A DNA stretch of 64,000 nucleotides, from the IMG/VR virus record IMGVR_UViG_3300042554_001750; one strand, given 5' to 3'. Below the pieces are notes generated by a model. That model was given only the letters and a program-made list of their open reading frames with translations. It made no database searches and had not been told where the DNA came from. This DNA comes from a virus. Taxonomy: Duplodnaviria; Caudoviricetes. Shown here piece by piece: positions 48,304-56,595 of the stretch; position 1 is the stretch's first letter; each line of letters opens with the position of its first letter. Position numbers and translations under genes: made by a program.

Positions 48304-50091
48304 ATGACCTATAAAAAGAAATTCCTTAACCGAAGTGGCGTGTCTAGCCCAATTTCAGGCGCTAACAGTAATAGTGGAGCTTGGAACGGTAGTCCTGGGC
48401 AAAATGGTAGTTCTACTGGTGGTTGGAATAACTTAGATTGGGGTTATAGAAATTATATGAGTAGACTTCCCGAAGTCTATACAGGTCATCCAAATAGAAT
48501 TGAACGGTACAATCAGTATGAAATGATGGATGTGGATGCTGAAATTAATGCATGTTTGGACATCATTTCAGAATTCAGTACTATGAAAAATGAACATAAT
48601 AAGACACCGTTTATGTTTGATTTTTCAGAAGATCCTACCCCGCACGAAGTTGAAATTCTAAAAACTCAGTTACAACAATGGTGCAAACTAAACGAATTTG
48701 ATAGCAGAGTTTTTAAGATTTTTAGAAATGTTATAAAATATGGCGACCAAGTTTTTGTTCGTGATCCTGAAAACTTTAAATTATATTGGGTAGATATGGT
48801 TAAGGTTATTAAAGTCATTGTAAACGAAAGCGAAGGTAAAAAGCCTGAACAGTATGTCCTTAAAGACCTAAATATTAATTTACAAAATCTATCAGTTGCA
48901 CAAAAAACCAATACTGACTTTGCTGCTAACCCAGCAACAGGTCTTGGTGGCACTGGTGGCGGAACCAATACACCTTATACTGTTCCTGCAATGCCATATA
49001 ATACAACAGGATCAAGATTTACGCTTGGCCAAAGCGAGTCTGCTATAGATGCTAAACACATCGTTCATCTAAGCCTCACTGAGGGATTGGACCGCTTTTG
49101 GCCTTTTGGCCAGTCAATACTGGAAAACATATTTAAAGTTTACAAACAAAAAGAATTATTAGAAGATGCTGTTCTAATCTACCGTGTACAACGCGCTCCT
49201 GAGCGTAGAATGTTCAAGATTGACGTTGGTAACATGCCAAGTCATATGGCTATGGCATTCGTAGAGCGCATTAAAAACGAAATTCACCAGCGTAGAATCC
49301 CATCTGTATACGGTGGGCAGTCAATAGTAGACGCCACATACAATCCACTTTCAATGAATGAAGATTACTTCTTCCCAGTTACTGCGGATGGGCGAGGATC
49401 TTCTGTAGAGGTTCTACCTGGTGGACAGAATCTTGGTGAAATTGACGACTTGCGTTATTTTAACAATAGATTAGCGCGAGGATTGCGTGTTCCAAGTTCA
49501 TATTTACCAACAGGTCCGGATGACAATACAACACCATTGAGTGATGGCCGTGTTGGTACTGCAATGATTCAAGAATTTAGATTTAACCAATATTGCGAAA
49601 GATTACAAAGTTATCTTGCAATGAAGTTAGATGAAGAATTTAAGTTATTCTTGCGTTGGAGAGGTTTCAATATTGATAGTGGATTATTCAGTTTAAGATT
49701 TAATCCGCCTCAGAACTTTGCTGCTTATCGTCAAAGTGAACTAGATAATGCACGGGTTGGCACATTTACTAGCATGGAAGCTTTCCCGTATATTAGTAAG
49801 CGTTTTGCATTAGAAAGATTCTTAGGTCTAACTGAAGAAGAAATTGCTAAAAATGAGCAACTTTGGAGAGAAGAAAACGATAAAGAACCTGACGGTGAAC
49901 CTAAAGGTAGTGATTTACGAAATGTGGGCGTCAGTTCCGGTGACATACAAGCAGATGAACAAACCACAGATGAGTTAGAACAAAGTGAACAAGGGCCCGG
50001 AACAGAAGAACCTGCACCCGAAGTAGCAGGTCCTGTAGGGGGAGGTGTCGCAGCCACTCCAACGGGAGCACCTGGCGCACCCGCAGCATAA
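48304..50091 (+). CDS. gp20: Portal protein (595 aa)
   Basis: LLEDAVLIYRVQRAPERRMFKIDVGNMP, MNEDYFFP, GGQNLGEIDDLRYF, LARGLRVPSSYL. Confidence 0.95.
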   Translation: MTYKKKFLNRSGVSSPISGANSNSGAWNGSPGQNGSSTGGWNNLDWGYRNYMSRLPEVYTGHPNRIERYNQYEMMDVDAEINACLDIISEFSTMKNEHNKTPFMFDFSEDPTPHEVEILKTQLQQWCKLNEFDSRVFKIFRNVIKYGDQVFVRDPENFKLYWVDMVKVIKVIVNESEGKKPEQYVLKDLNINLQNLSVAQKTNTDFAANPATGLGGTGGGTNTPYTVPAMPYNTTGSRFTLGQSESAIDAKHIVHLSLTEGLDRFWPFGQSILENIFKVYKQKELLEDAVLIYRVQRAPERRMFKIDVGNMPSHMAMAFVERIKNEIHQRRIPSVYGGQSIVDATYNPLSMNEDYFFPVTADGRGSSVEVLPGGQNLGEIDDLRYFNNRLARGLRVPSSYLPTGPDDNTTPLSDGRVGTAMIQEFRFNQYCERLQSYLAMKLDEEFKLFLRWRGFNIDSGLFSLRFNPPQNFAAYRQSELDNARVGTFTSMEAFPYISKRFALERFLGLTEEEIAKNEQLWREENDKEPDGEPKGSDLRNVGVSSGDIQADEQTTDELEQSEQGPGTEEPAPEVAGPVGGGVAATPTGAPGAPAA

Positions 50092-50099
50092 ATACTATT

Positions 50100-50330
50100 A
50101 TGAAGTTATTAGAAATGTTTGATCCGCCAATTGAAGGTTATCAGAATGCTAATTCTGATAATAGTAAACCTGAATGGCGCCAGTCTAGAAAGACTAAGTT
50201 AACACTAAAACAAATAAGAAAATTAAGAAAAATGCTAGATGTACGCAACTTTGAAAAGAAGCAACATCTTAAACAAGTGCGTGATCAATATGGTGCAAAG
50301 CCCGAATCTGAAGCGGCTCCAAGCATATAA
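50100..50330 (+). CDS. Small basic late protein (76 aa)
   Basis: ORF between portal and core genes; TAAATA 5 nt upstream of ATG; RKTKLTLKQIRKLR motif. Confidence 0.7.
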   Translation: MKLLEMFDPPIEGYQNANSDNSKPEWRQSRKTKLTLKQIRKLRKMLDVRNFEKKQHLKQVRDQYGAKPESEAAPSI

Positions 50331-50359
50331 ACTAATTTTTAAACAAAAACGCAAAAAAT

Positions 50360-50382
50360 GAGCACTTATTGTGCTCTTTTTT
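50360..50382 (+). terminator. Rho-independent terminator
   Basis: GAGCAC-ttatt-GTGCTC followed by T6. Confidence 0.7.
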
Positions 50383-50435
50383 ATGATACCCGCTAAATAA
50401 TTCTACAAAGCCATTTTTATCAGGAGAAATTCATA

Positions 50436-51263
50436 ATGGATAACAAAAAATTTGAACAACTCATTGACCTAATTATCAATGAGAATGAAGAACAAGCACG
50501 TGAACTATTTCACGAAATCGTTGTAGAAAAGAGCCGCGAAATCTACGAATCTATCATGGAAGAAGAAATGATGGATGAGTCTATGTCTGACATGGACGAA
50601 GGTATGGTAGGTCAAGTTGGTGACTTAATGGACGAAATATCAGCAGAAGAATCTGGCGTTGTTGAAGGCGAAGATGATGACATGATGGCTGATTTAGACG
50701 ACGAAGAAGTAGTTGACATTGACGCCGAAGAAATGGGTGACGATGAAGGTTCCGAAGAAGTTGAAGATGCCGTAGTTCGCATTGAAGATAAACTAGACCA
50801 GTTAATGGCTGAGTTTGAAGAACTAATGGGTCAAGAAGAAGGCGAAGAGGAAGATTTCGGTGACGAAGAAGAAGGCGAAGGCGAAGAGGAAGAAGTAGCC
50901 GAGAGTGACGAAGCTATGATGGAAGCAGTACAACTACAAAAAGTTTCTGTAACTCACGGTGATAATGGCGTTCAAACAAAGAGCCCCAGTCTTCAGAATA
51001 GCGGACAAGCAGGAATGGACAGTCATCCAGTAAAGTTCAGTGGACATGACGAATCAGTTCCAACAAGTCCAAAGGGCCCAAGCAATGCATATGCAAAGGG
51101 TGAAACTCAAGTTAAGCATGCTGGTCAATTCAAGAATGCACCTGGACACAAGGGTCAAGATTTAGACAAGGCTCCAGCTGCAACTAAGTCACAAGCAAGT
51201 GGTGTTAATGTAAAGAGCCCAGTTGCTGAGTCTAAAAAGACTGTAAAGAAGATTGTTAAGTAA
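50436..51263 (+). CDS. Acidic prohead core protein (275 aa)
   Basis: Very Asp/Glu-rich; between portal and protease; SD CAGGAG; many x-x-E/(S,A,G) candidate protease sites. Confidence 0.7.
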   Translation: MDNKKFEQLIDLIINENEEQARELFHEIVVEKSREIYESIMEEEMMDESMSDMDEGMVGQVGDLMDEISAEESGVVEGEDDDMMADLDDEEVVDIDAEEMGDDEGSEEVEDAVVRIEDKLDQLMAEFEELMGQEEGEEEDFGDEEEGEGEEEEVAESDEAMMEAVQLQKVSVTHGDNGVQTKSPSLQNSGQAGMDSHPVKFSGHDESVPTSPKGPSNAYAKGETQVKHAGQFKNAPGHKGQDLDKAPAATKSQASGVNVKSPVAESKKTVKKIVK

Positions 51264-51278
51264 TAGGACCTGAGAGCA

Positions 51279-51914
51279 ATGGCTTTGTATCTCAAAGAAC
51301 ATCTAACTTTTGACAGAGCCGGAATGGTGGTTGAAAGTGAAGGTGATGGCGACAAGAAGAACCTTTACATGAAAGGTATCTTCATTCAGGGTGGGGTAAA
51401 GAACGCAAATGAGCGTGTTTACCCCGTTTCTGAAATTGAAAACGCTGTTAAAACTTTAAATGAGCAAATCACCACTGGTTACTCAGTGTTAGGGGAAGTA
51501 GATCACCCAGACGATCTAAAGATTAATTTGGATCGCGTGTCTCATATGATAACAAGTATGTGGATGGACGGTCCTAACGGTTTCGGAAAATTAAAGATAT
51601 TACCTACTCCAATGGGTCAGTTAGTAACTACCATGTTACAGAGTGGTGTAAAACTAGGTGTTTCAAGTCGTGGATCAGGTAATGTGAACGATTTGGACGG
51701 AAGAGTCAGTGACTTTGAAATAGTTACTGTAGATATTGTTGCTCAACCTAGCGCCCCAAACGCATATCCTAAAGCAATTTATGAAGGCATGATGAACATG
51801 CGTCATGGTCATAAGTTGATGGATATTGCTAAGGAAGCAGGCGGCAATAAAAAAGTAGAGAAGTACTTGAGAGAGGAAGTAATGCGCCTCATCAAGGATC
51901 TCAAAATTAAATAA
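51279..51914 (+). CDS. gp21: Prohead protease (211 aa)
   Basis: GIFIQGGVKNANERVYP, GEVDHP, GVSSRGSG, DIVAQPSAPNAYP. Confidence 0.95.
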   Translation: MALYLKEHLTFDRAGMVVESEGDGDKKNLYMKGIFIQGGVKNANERVYPVSEIENAVKTLNEQITTGYSVLGEVDHPDDLKINLDRVSHMITSMWMDGPNGFGKLKILPTPMGQLVTTMLQSGVKLGVSSRGSGNVNDLDGRVSDFEIVTVDIVAQPSAPNAYPKAIYEGMMNMRHGHKLMDIAKEAGGNKKVEKYLREEVMRLIKDLKIK

Positions 51915-51926
51915 AGGGGAATAGGC

Positions 51927-53036
51927 ATGTTTGATGCTATCAAACCACTACTTGAGAGCGGCCTAATTAACGAGGATATCGGGCAACAATTAAATGAAGC
52001 CTGGGAAGCCAAGTTAAATGAAGCACGCGAACAAGTTCGTGCCGAATTGCGTGAGGAATTCGCACAAAAATACGAACATGATCGTAGTGTGATGGTTGAA
52101 GCCCTAGACAAAATGGTAACAGAAAGCCTTTCTGAAGAAATTGAAGAATTTCACACAGAAAAGCAAGCAATGAATGAAGACCGTGTAAAAGCACAACAAA
52201 AGTTGCGTGAAAATGCTAGCAAGTTCAATGATTTTATGGTTACAAAGTTAGCCGAAGAAATCAAAGAATTACGCAGTGATCGCAAGGCAATGAAAGAAAG
52301 CCAAGGAAAATTGGAACAATTCGTTGTTCATGCACTTGCCCGTGAAATCAAAGAGTTCTCACAGGACAAGCAAGCAGTTGTTGAAGCTAAGGTTAAGTTA
52401 GTTGCTGAAGGTCGTCAACAGCTAGAAGCATTGAAGCAAAAATTTGTTGCTGAAAGTGCAGCTAGAATGAACGCTGTAGTTACCAAACATCTAAAAGGTG
52501 AACTAACACAACTAAAAGAAGATATCAAATCGGCACGCGAAAACAATTTTGGTCGCCGTCTATTTGAAGCATTCGCTAGCGAGTTCTCTGTCACTCATTT
52601 AAATGAGAAAGCAGAAACACGCAAGCTAATGGCACAACTAGTTGAGAAAGATCAACAATTAGCGGAATCTGTCAAAAAGATGGAAGAAACTAAGCAATTA
52701 GTTGAAAGTAAGGAACGTGAGGTTCGCATTATTAAAGAGTCAAATCTTCGTGAAAAAACAATGGCAGAATTACTTGCTCCATTGAACGAAGAAAAAGCTC
52801 AAGTAATGAAGAATCTACTAGAAAGTGTGCAGACACCAAAATTGAAAGCCACTTTTGATAAGTATCTACCAGCAGTTCTTAACACTGGTTCTGAGAAAAA
52901 GGTTGTTGCAAAGCAAGCTTTGACAGAATCTGCAATGATTAGTGAAGTTACTGGTGATAAATCTGCCAAAAAAGAAGTTGAAGTCGAGGAAGGTTCTGAT
53001 AACCTAATCGCTTTCAAGCGTCTGGCAGGGCTATAA
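51927..53036 (+). CDS. gp22: Prohead scaffold protein (369 aa)
   Basis: Glu/Lys-rich coiled coil between protease and capsid genes. Confidence 0.85.
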   Translation: MFDAIKPLLESGLINEDIGQQLNEAWEAKLNEAREQVRAELREEFAQKYEHDRSVMVEALDKMVTESLSEEIEEFHTEKQAMNEDRVKAQQKLRENASKFNDFMVTKLAEEIKELRSDRKAMKESQGKLEQFVVHALAREIKEFSQDKQAVVEAKVKLVAEGRQQLEALKQKFVAESAARMNAVVTKHLKGELTQLKEDIKSARENNFGRRLFEAFASEFSVTHLNEKAETRKLMAQLVEKDQQLAESVKKMEETKQLVESKEREVRIIKESNLREKTMAELLAPLNEEKAQVMKNLLESVQTPKLKATFDKYLPAVLNTGSEKKVVAKQALTESAMISEVTGDKSAKKEVEVEEGSDNLIAFKRLAGL

Positions 53037-53065
53037 ACAAAGACATTATTAGGAGAAATATTAAC

Positions 53066-54262
53066 ATGTCAAAAGTTCTATTAGAAAGCCGTTGGGACGA
53101 GACCAAGGAAGCCCTACTAGAAGGCTTAAAAGGCACTCGCCGTTCAACAATGGGTGTTATCTTAGAAAACACTCGCAAGCAACTACTTGCTGAATCTACA
53201 GCAGGCACAACTACAGCTGGTAACATTGCTACACTTAACCGTGTAATTCTTCCAGTTATCCGTCGTGTAATGCCAACAGTTATCGCTAACGAGCTAGTTG
53301 GTGTTCAGCCAATGACTGGTCCAGTTGGTCAAATCCACACTCTACGTGTCCGTTATGCTAACAGCTTAACAGACAACAGTGCAGCACAGACAAGCGTAAC
53401 AGCAGGCGAAGAAGCTCTAAGCCCATTCAAGATTGCTCAGGCTTATTCTCGCACACCAAGTGGTGATGGTTCAACAAACTTCTATACAGGTAACGACACA
53501 GCCGCCTTAGAAGGTAACGGTGGTAAGCAAATCAGCGTTCAGATTCTACGTCAGGCCGTTGAAGCTAAGTCACGCAAGTTACAAGCACGTTGGACATTTG
53601 AAGCTGCTCAAGACGCACAAAGCCAGCATGGTATTGACGTTGAAGCAGAAATCATGGCAGCTCTAGCACAAGAAATTACTGCTGAAATTGACCAAGAAAT
53701 TCTATTGTCCCTACGCACTCTAGCATCTACAGAGTTCACATACAACCAAGCTACCGTTTCTGGTACAGCTACATACGTTGGTGACGAGCACGCTGCTCTA
53801 GCAGTTCTAATCAACCGTGTTGCTAACTTGATCGCTCAACGTACCCGTCGTGGTGCTGGTAACTGGGCAGTTGTATCAAGTGCTGCATTGACTGTTCTAC
53901 AGTCTGCAACAACTTCTGCATTTGCACGTACAACAGAAGGTACATTTGAAGCTCCAACAAACACCAAGTTCGTTGGTACACTAAACGGCGCAATGCGTGT
54001 ATTCGTTGACTCTTATGCTCCTGACACAACTCCTGTGTTAGTTGGTTATAAGGGTTCTAGCGAGACTGACGCAGCAGCATTCTACTGCCCATACATTCCA
54101 TTGATGAGCAGTGGTGTTGTTCTAGATCCATCAACATTCGAACCAGTCGTATCATTCATGACACGTTATGGTTACATTGAATTAACAAACACAGCATCAT
54201 CATTCGGTAATGCTGCTGACTATGTTGGAGAAATTGCCGTACAAAATTTAACTTTTCAGTGA
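53066..54262 (+). CDS. gp23: Major capsid protein (398 aa)
   Basis: VGVQPMTGPVGQIHTLR, VEAKSRKLQARWTFE, EITAEIDQEIL, FYCPYIPL, FMTRYG; highly biased codon usage; candidate maturation site LAE/S. Confidence 0.96.
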   Translation: MSKVLLESRWDETKEALLEGLKGTRRSTMGVILENTRKQLLAESTAGTTTAGNIATLNRVILPVIRRVMPTVIANELVGVQPMTGPVGQIHTLRVRYANSLTDNSAAQTSVTAGEEALSPFKIAQAYSRTPSGDGSTNFYTGNDTAALEGNGGKQISVQILRQAVEAKSRKLQARWTFEAAQDAQSQHGIDVEAEIMAALAQEITAEIDQEILLSLRTLASTEFTYNQATVSGTATYVGDEHAALAVLINRVANLIAQRTRRGAGNWAVVSSAALTVLQSATTSAFARTTEGTFEAPTNTKFVGTLNGAMRVFVDSYAPDTTPVLVGYKGSSETDAAAFYCPYIPLMSSGVVLDPSTFEPVVSFMTRYGYIELTNTASSFGNAADYVGEIAVQNLTFQ

Positions 54263-54302
54263 AATTGGGTACCACAGATTGTCTTTCGGGACAATCAACA
54301 TC

Positions 54303-54330
54303 AAAAAGAGTGCTTCGGCACTCTTTTTTT
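54303..54330. terminator. Strong, potentially bidirectional terminator after gp23
   Basis: AAAAAGAGTGC-TTCG-GCACTCTTTTTTT (C-UUCG-G loop). Confidence 0.88.
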
Positions 54331-54373
54331 ATCCTAAAATAGTGGAAAGTCAAGTGTTGGACTAAATACTATT

Positions 54374-55111
54374 ATGCTCACTAATAAATATTCCAAAACA
54401 TATTTCACTATAACTTCTAATGCGAAACAACGCATTACTGAGGGATATACAGAAACTCATCATATCATCCCACAATCACTTGGTGGTAGCAACGACAAAG
54501 ATAATCTTGTAGAATTAACAGCAAGAGAACATTTTATCTGTCATTGGTTGCTTATTAAAATGACAGAAGGTGAAGATAGAGGAAAAATGCTATACGCACT
54601 TCAAGGTATGAAGGCTGAAAATAAATTTCAACAACGATATCATACAAAAATAACAGCAAGAGTGTATGAAAAATATAGGTTAGAACATGCTGAAAATCAC
54701 AGCAAAAGAATGAAGGGTAGAAAAGCCTGGAATAAAGGTATTCCACAAACAGAAGAACATAAAGAAAAAAATAGACAAGCGGCATTGAGTAGACCACCAA
54801 AAACTCAAGAAACAATTGAGAAATGGAGAAAAGCTAGAACTGGATATAAAGATTCAGAAGAAACTAAACTAAAAAAGAGTTTAGCACTTAAAGGAAAACC
54901 AAAAGGTCCTATGAGTGAAGAAGAAAAATTAAAACGTTCAGTAAAACAAAAAGGTGTACCTAAAGTTAAAACACACGGCGTAAATGTAGCAAATGCAGTA
55001 AAGGGCAATATATCCATAAACAAAGATGGGGTTGAAAAAAAAGTAAAACGTGATATACTACAACAATACTTAGATCAAGGCTGGAGTCTAGGTGGAAGAA
55101 AGAGAAAATAA
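54374..55111 (+). mobile_element. Free-standing HNH homing endonuclease with NUMOD3-like DNA-binding repeats (245 aa)
   Basis: TETHHIIPQSLGGSNDKDNLVELTAREHFICHWLL; AWNKGIPQTEEHKEK, DSEETKLKKS, MSEEEKLKRS repeats; immediately downstream of gp23. Confidence 0.88.
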
Positions 55112-55371
55112 TGGCTGATAGAATAACCGAAGTATTAGAAGATGGTACAATATATTGCTTTGATATGGACAAATGCATACAGGAAGCAAATGACGCATTA
55201 GAAAAACTATATGAAAAAGAGGGAGTAGAACTAGATTTTGATTTTACAGCAACGGTGTTTAGTTTGTTTGTGAATTGCATCCATATTTTAACTGAAAGTG
55301 GCTGGACAACAAATGATTTAATAAGTGAAGTTATAGATCATTCAACCGAAGATATTGACGAAGAAGAATAA
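55111..55371 (+). CDS. Small acidic hypothetical protein (86 aa)
   Basis: TAATG overlap with the HNH gene; 24 Asp/Glu vs 4 Lys/Arg. Confidence 0.72.
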   Translation: MADRITEVLEDGTIYCFDMDKCIQEANDALEKLYEKEGVELDFDFTATVFSLFVNCIHILTESGWTTNDLISEVIDHSTEDIDEEE

Positions 55372-55408
55372 ATAATACTATCTACTCAATCGGGATGGGA
55401 AGGCAATT

Positions 55409-55433
55409 AAGCAGACTTTATGTCTGCTTTTTT
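55409..55433 (+). terminator. Rho-independent terminator closing the HNH cassette
   Basis: AAGCAGAC-tttat-GTCTGCTT followed by TTTT. Confidence 0.75.
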
Positions 55434-55448
55434 GTGGCTAAATAACTT

Positions 55449-56171
55449 ATGATTGCAATATTATACACCCTCATCATGACACATATTACTATAATCTGTG
55501 TCACATTATTCTTACATCGTGGGCAAGCACATAGGGGAATTACTTTTCATCCTATCGTAGGGCACTTTATGAGATTTTGGCTTTGGCTAACAACAGGTAT
55601 GATCACAAAAGAATGGGTAGCTATACACCGTAAGCATCATAGATTTTGTGAACAGAAAGATGATCCTCATAGTCCACATGTATATGGTATATGGACGGTC
55701 TTGTTTAAAGGTGCTTTCTTATACAATAATGCAAGCAAAGATAAAACAATGATTGAACAATATGGAGTGGGTACTCCTAATGACTGGGTAGAACAAAAAA
55801 TATACACTTCACATCCATGGTTAGGTATCGTATTAATGTTAATTATTGACTTGTTATTATTTGGTGTATGGGGACTATTAATATGGGGTATACAAATGAT
55901 ATGGATACCATTTTGGGCTGCGGGTGTGATTAATGGCATAGGACATTATTGGGGATATAGAAATGGCGAAACAAAAGACAGAAGCAGAAATATTAGTCCG
56001 TGGGGTATTATTGTTGGCGGTGAGTGCCTTCATAATAACCATCATCTTGACCCTGCTAACCCCAGATTAAGTAGGCGTTGGTTTGAATTTGATATCGGTT
56101 GGATGTATTTTAAAATATTAGAAAAATTAAAATTAGCTACACTTAGATACGAACATCAGCATCTACAGTAA
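55449..56171 (+). CDS. Membrane fatty-acid (delta-9-type) desaturase, auxiliary metabolic gene (240 aa)
   Basis: Three His boxes HRGQAH, HRKHH, HNNHH; hydrophobic segments; DPHSP and WFEFDIGW motifs. Confidence 0.92.
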   Translation: MIAILYTLIMTHITIICVTLFLHRGQAHRGITFHPIVGHFMRFWLWLTTGMITKEWVAIHRKHHRFCEQKDDPHSPHVYGIWTVLFKGAFLYNNASKDKTMIEQYGVGTPNDWVEQKIYTSHPWLGIVLMLIIDLLLFGVWGLLIWGIQMIWIPFWAAGVINGIGHYWGYRNGETKDRSRNISPWGIIVGGECLHNNHHLDPANPRLSRRWFEFDIGWMYFKILEKLKLATLRYEHQHLQ

Positions 56172-56508
56172 TATCAAGTATTGATCTTTTTATTTCTCTT
56201 AATTTCTTTTGATAAAGTCGGTTGCAATTAGCACATAAAGTTTTCATATTTGATTTTTCTTTATTTTTCTTATTACCATCTTTATAAACAATGTCTAATT
56301 GACACCTATCTTCGGGTGCAAATCCACACTTTTCACACTTATTTTTTTTATTAAGTAAAAATCCAAACTTATTGTTGTATGCTGCTTTAGCACAGCTACC
56401 GCAATACTTGTGCCACTTTTGAAATCCATGTTTACTTGTGCCATTAGGCTTTGCTAATGATACTTTACAGTTCGTACATAATGGTCTTGGCACTTGTTGA
56501 GTTAACAT
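56143..56508 (-). CDS. Zn-finger protein with degenerate HNH motif (about 121 aa; start probably the ATG at 56508)
   Basis: CTNC...CGSC, then CEKC...QLDIVYKDGNKKN...NMKTLCANC; TATAAATA 4 nt upstream of ATG. Confidence 0.7.
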   Translation of the reverse strand: MLTQQVPRPLCTNCKVSLAKPNGTSKHGFQKWHKYCGSCAKAAYNNKFGFLLNKKNKCEKCGFAPEDRCQLDIVYKDGNKKNKEKSNMKTLCANCNRLYQKKLREIKRSILDITVDADVRI

Positions 56509-56595
56509 CAACTATTTATAAAGATGCCAATAGAACTTTTTTTGACGGATTTATTATGGGAAAAATGATAAATATATAATCTAACAGGATTCTTT

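Noticed and set aside
55372-55448. Duplicated original gp23 3' end downstream of the HNH cassette (would mark an insertion into the gene)
   Set aside because: No similarity to the gp23 C-terminus is visible here, only a terminator and a late box.
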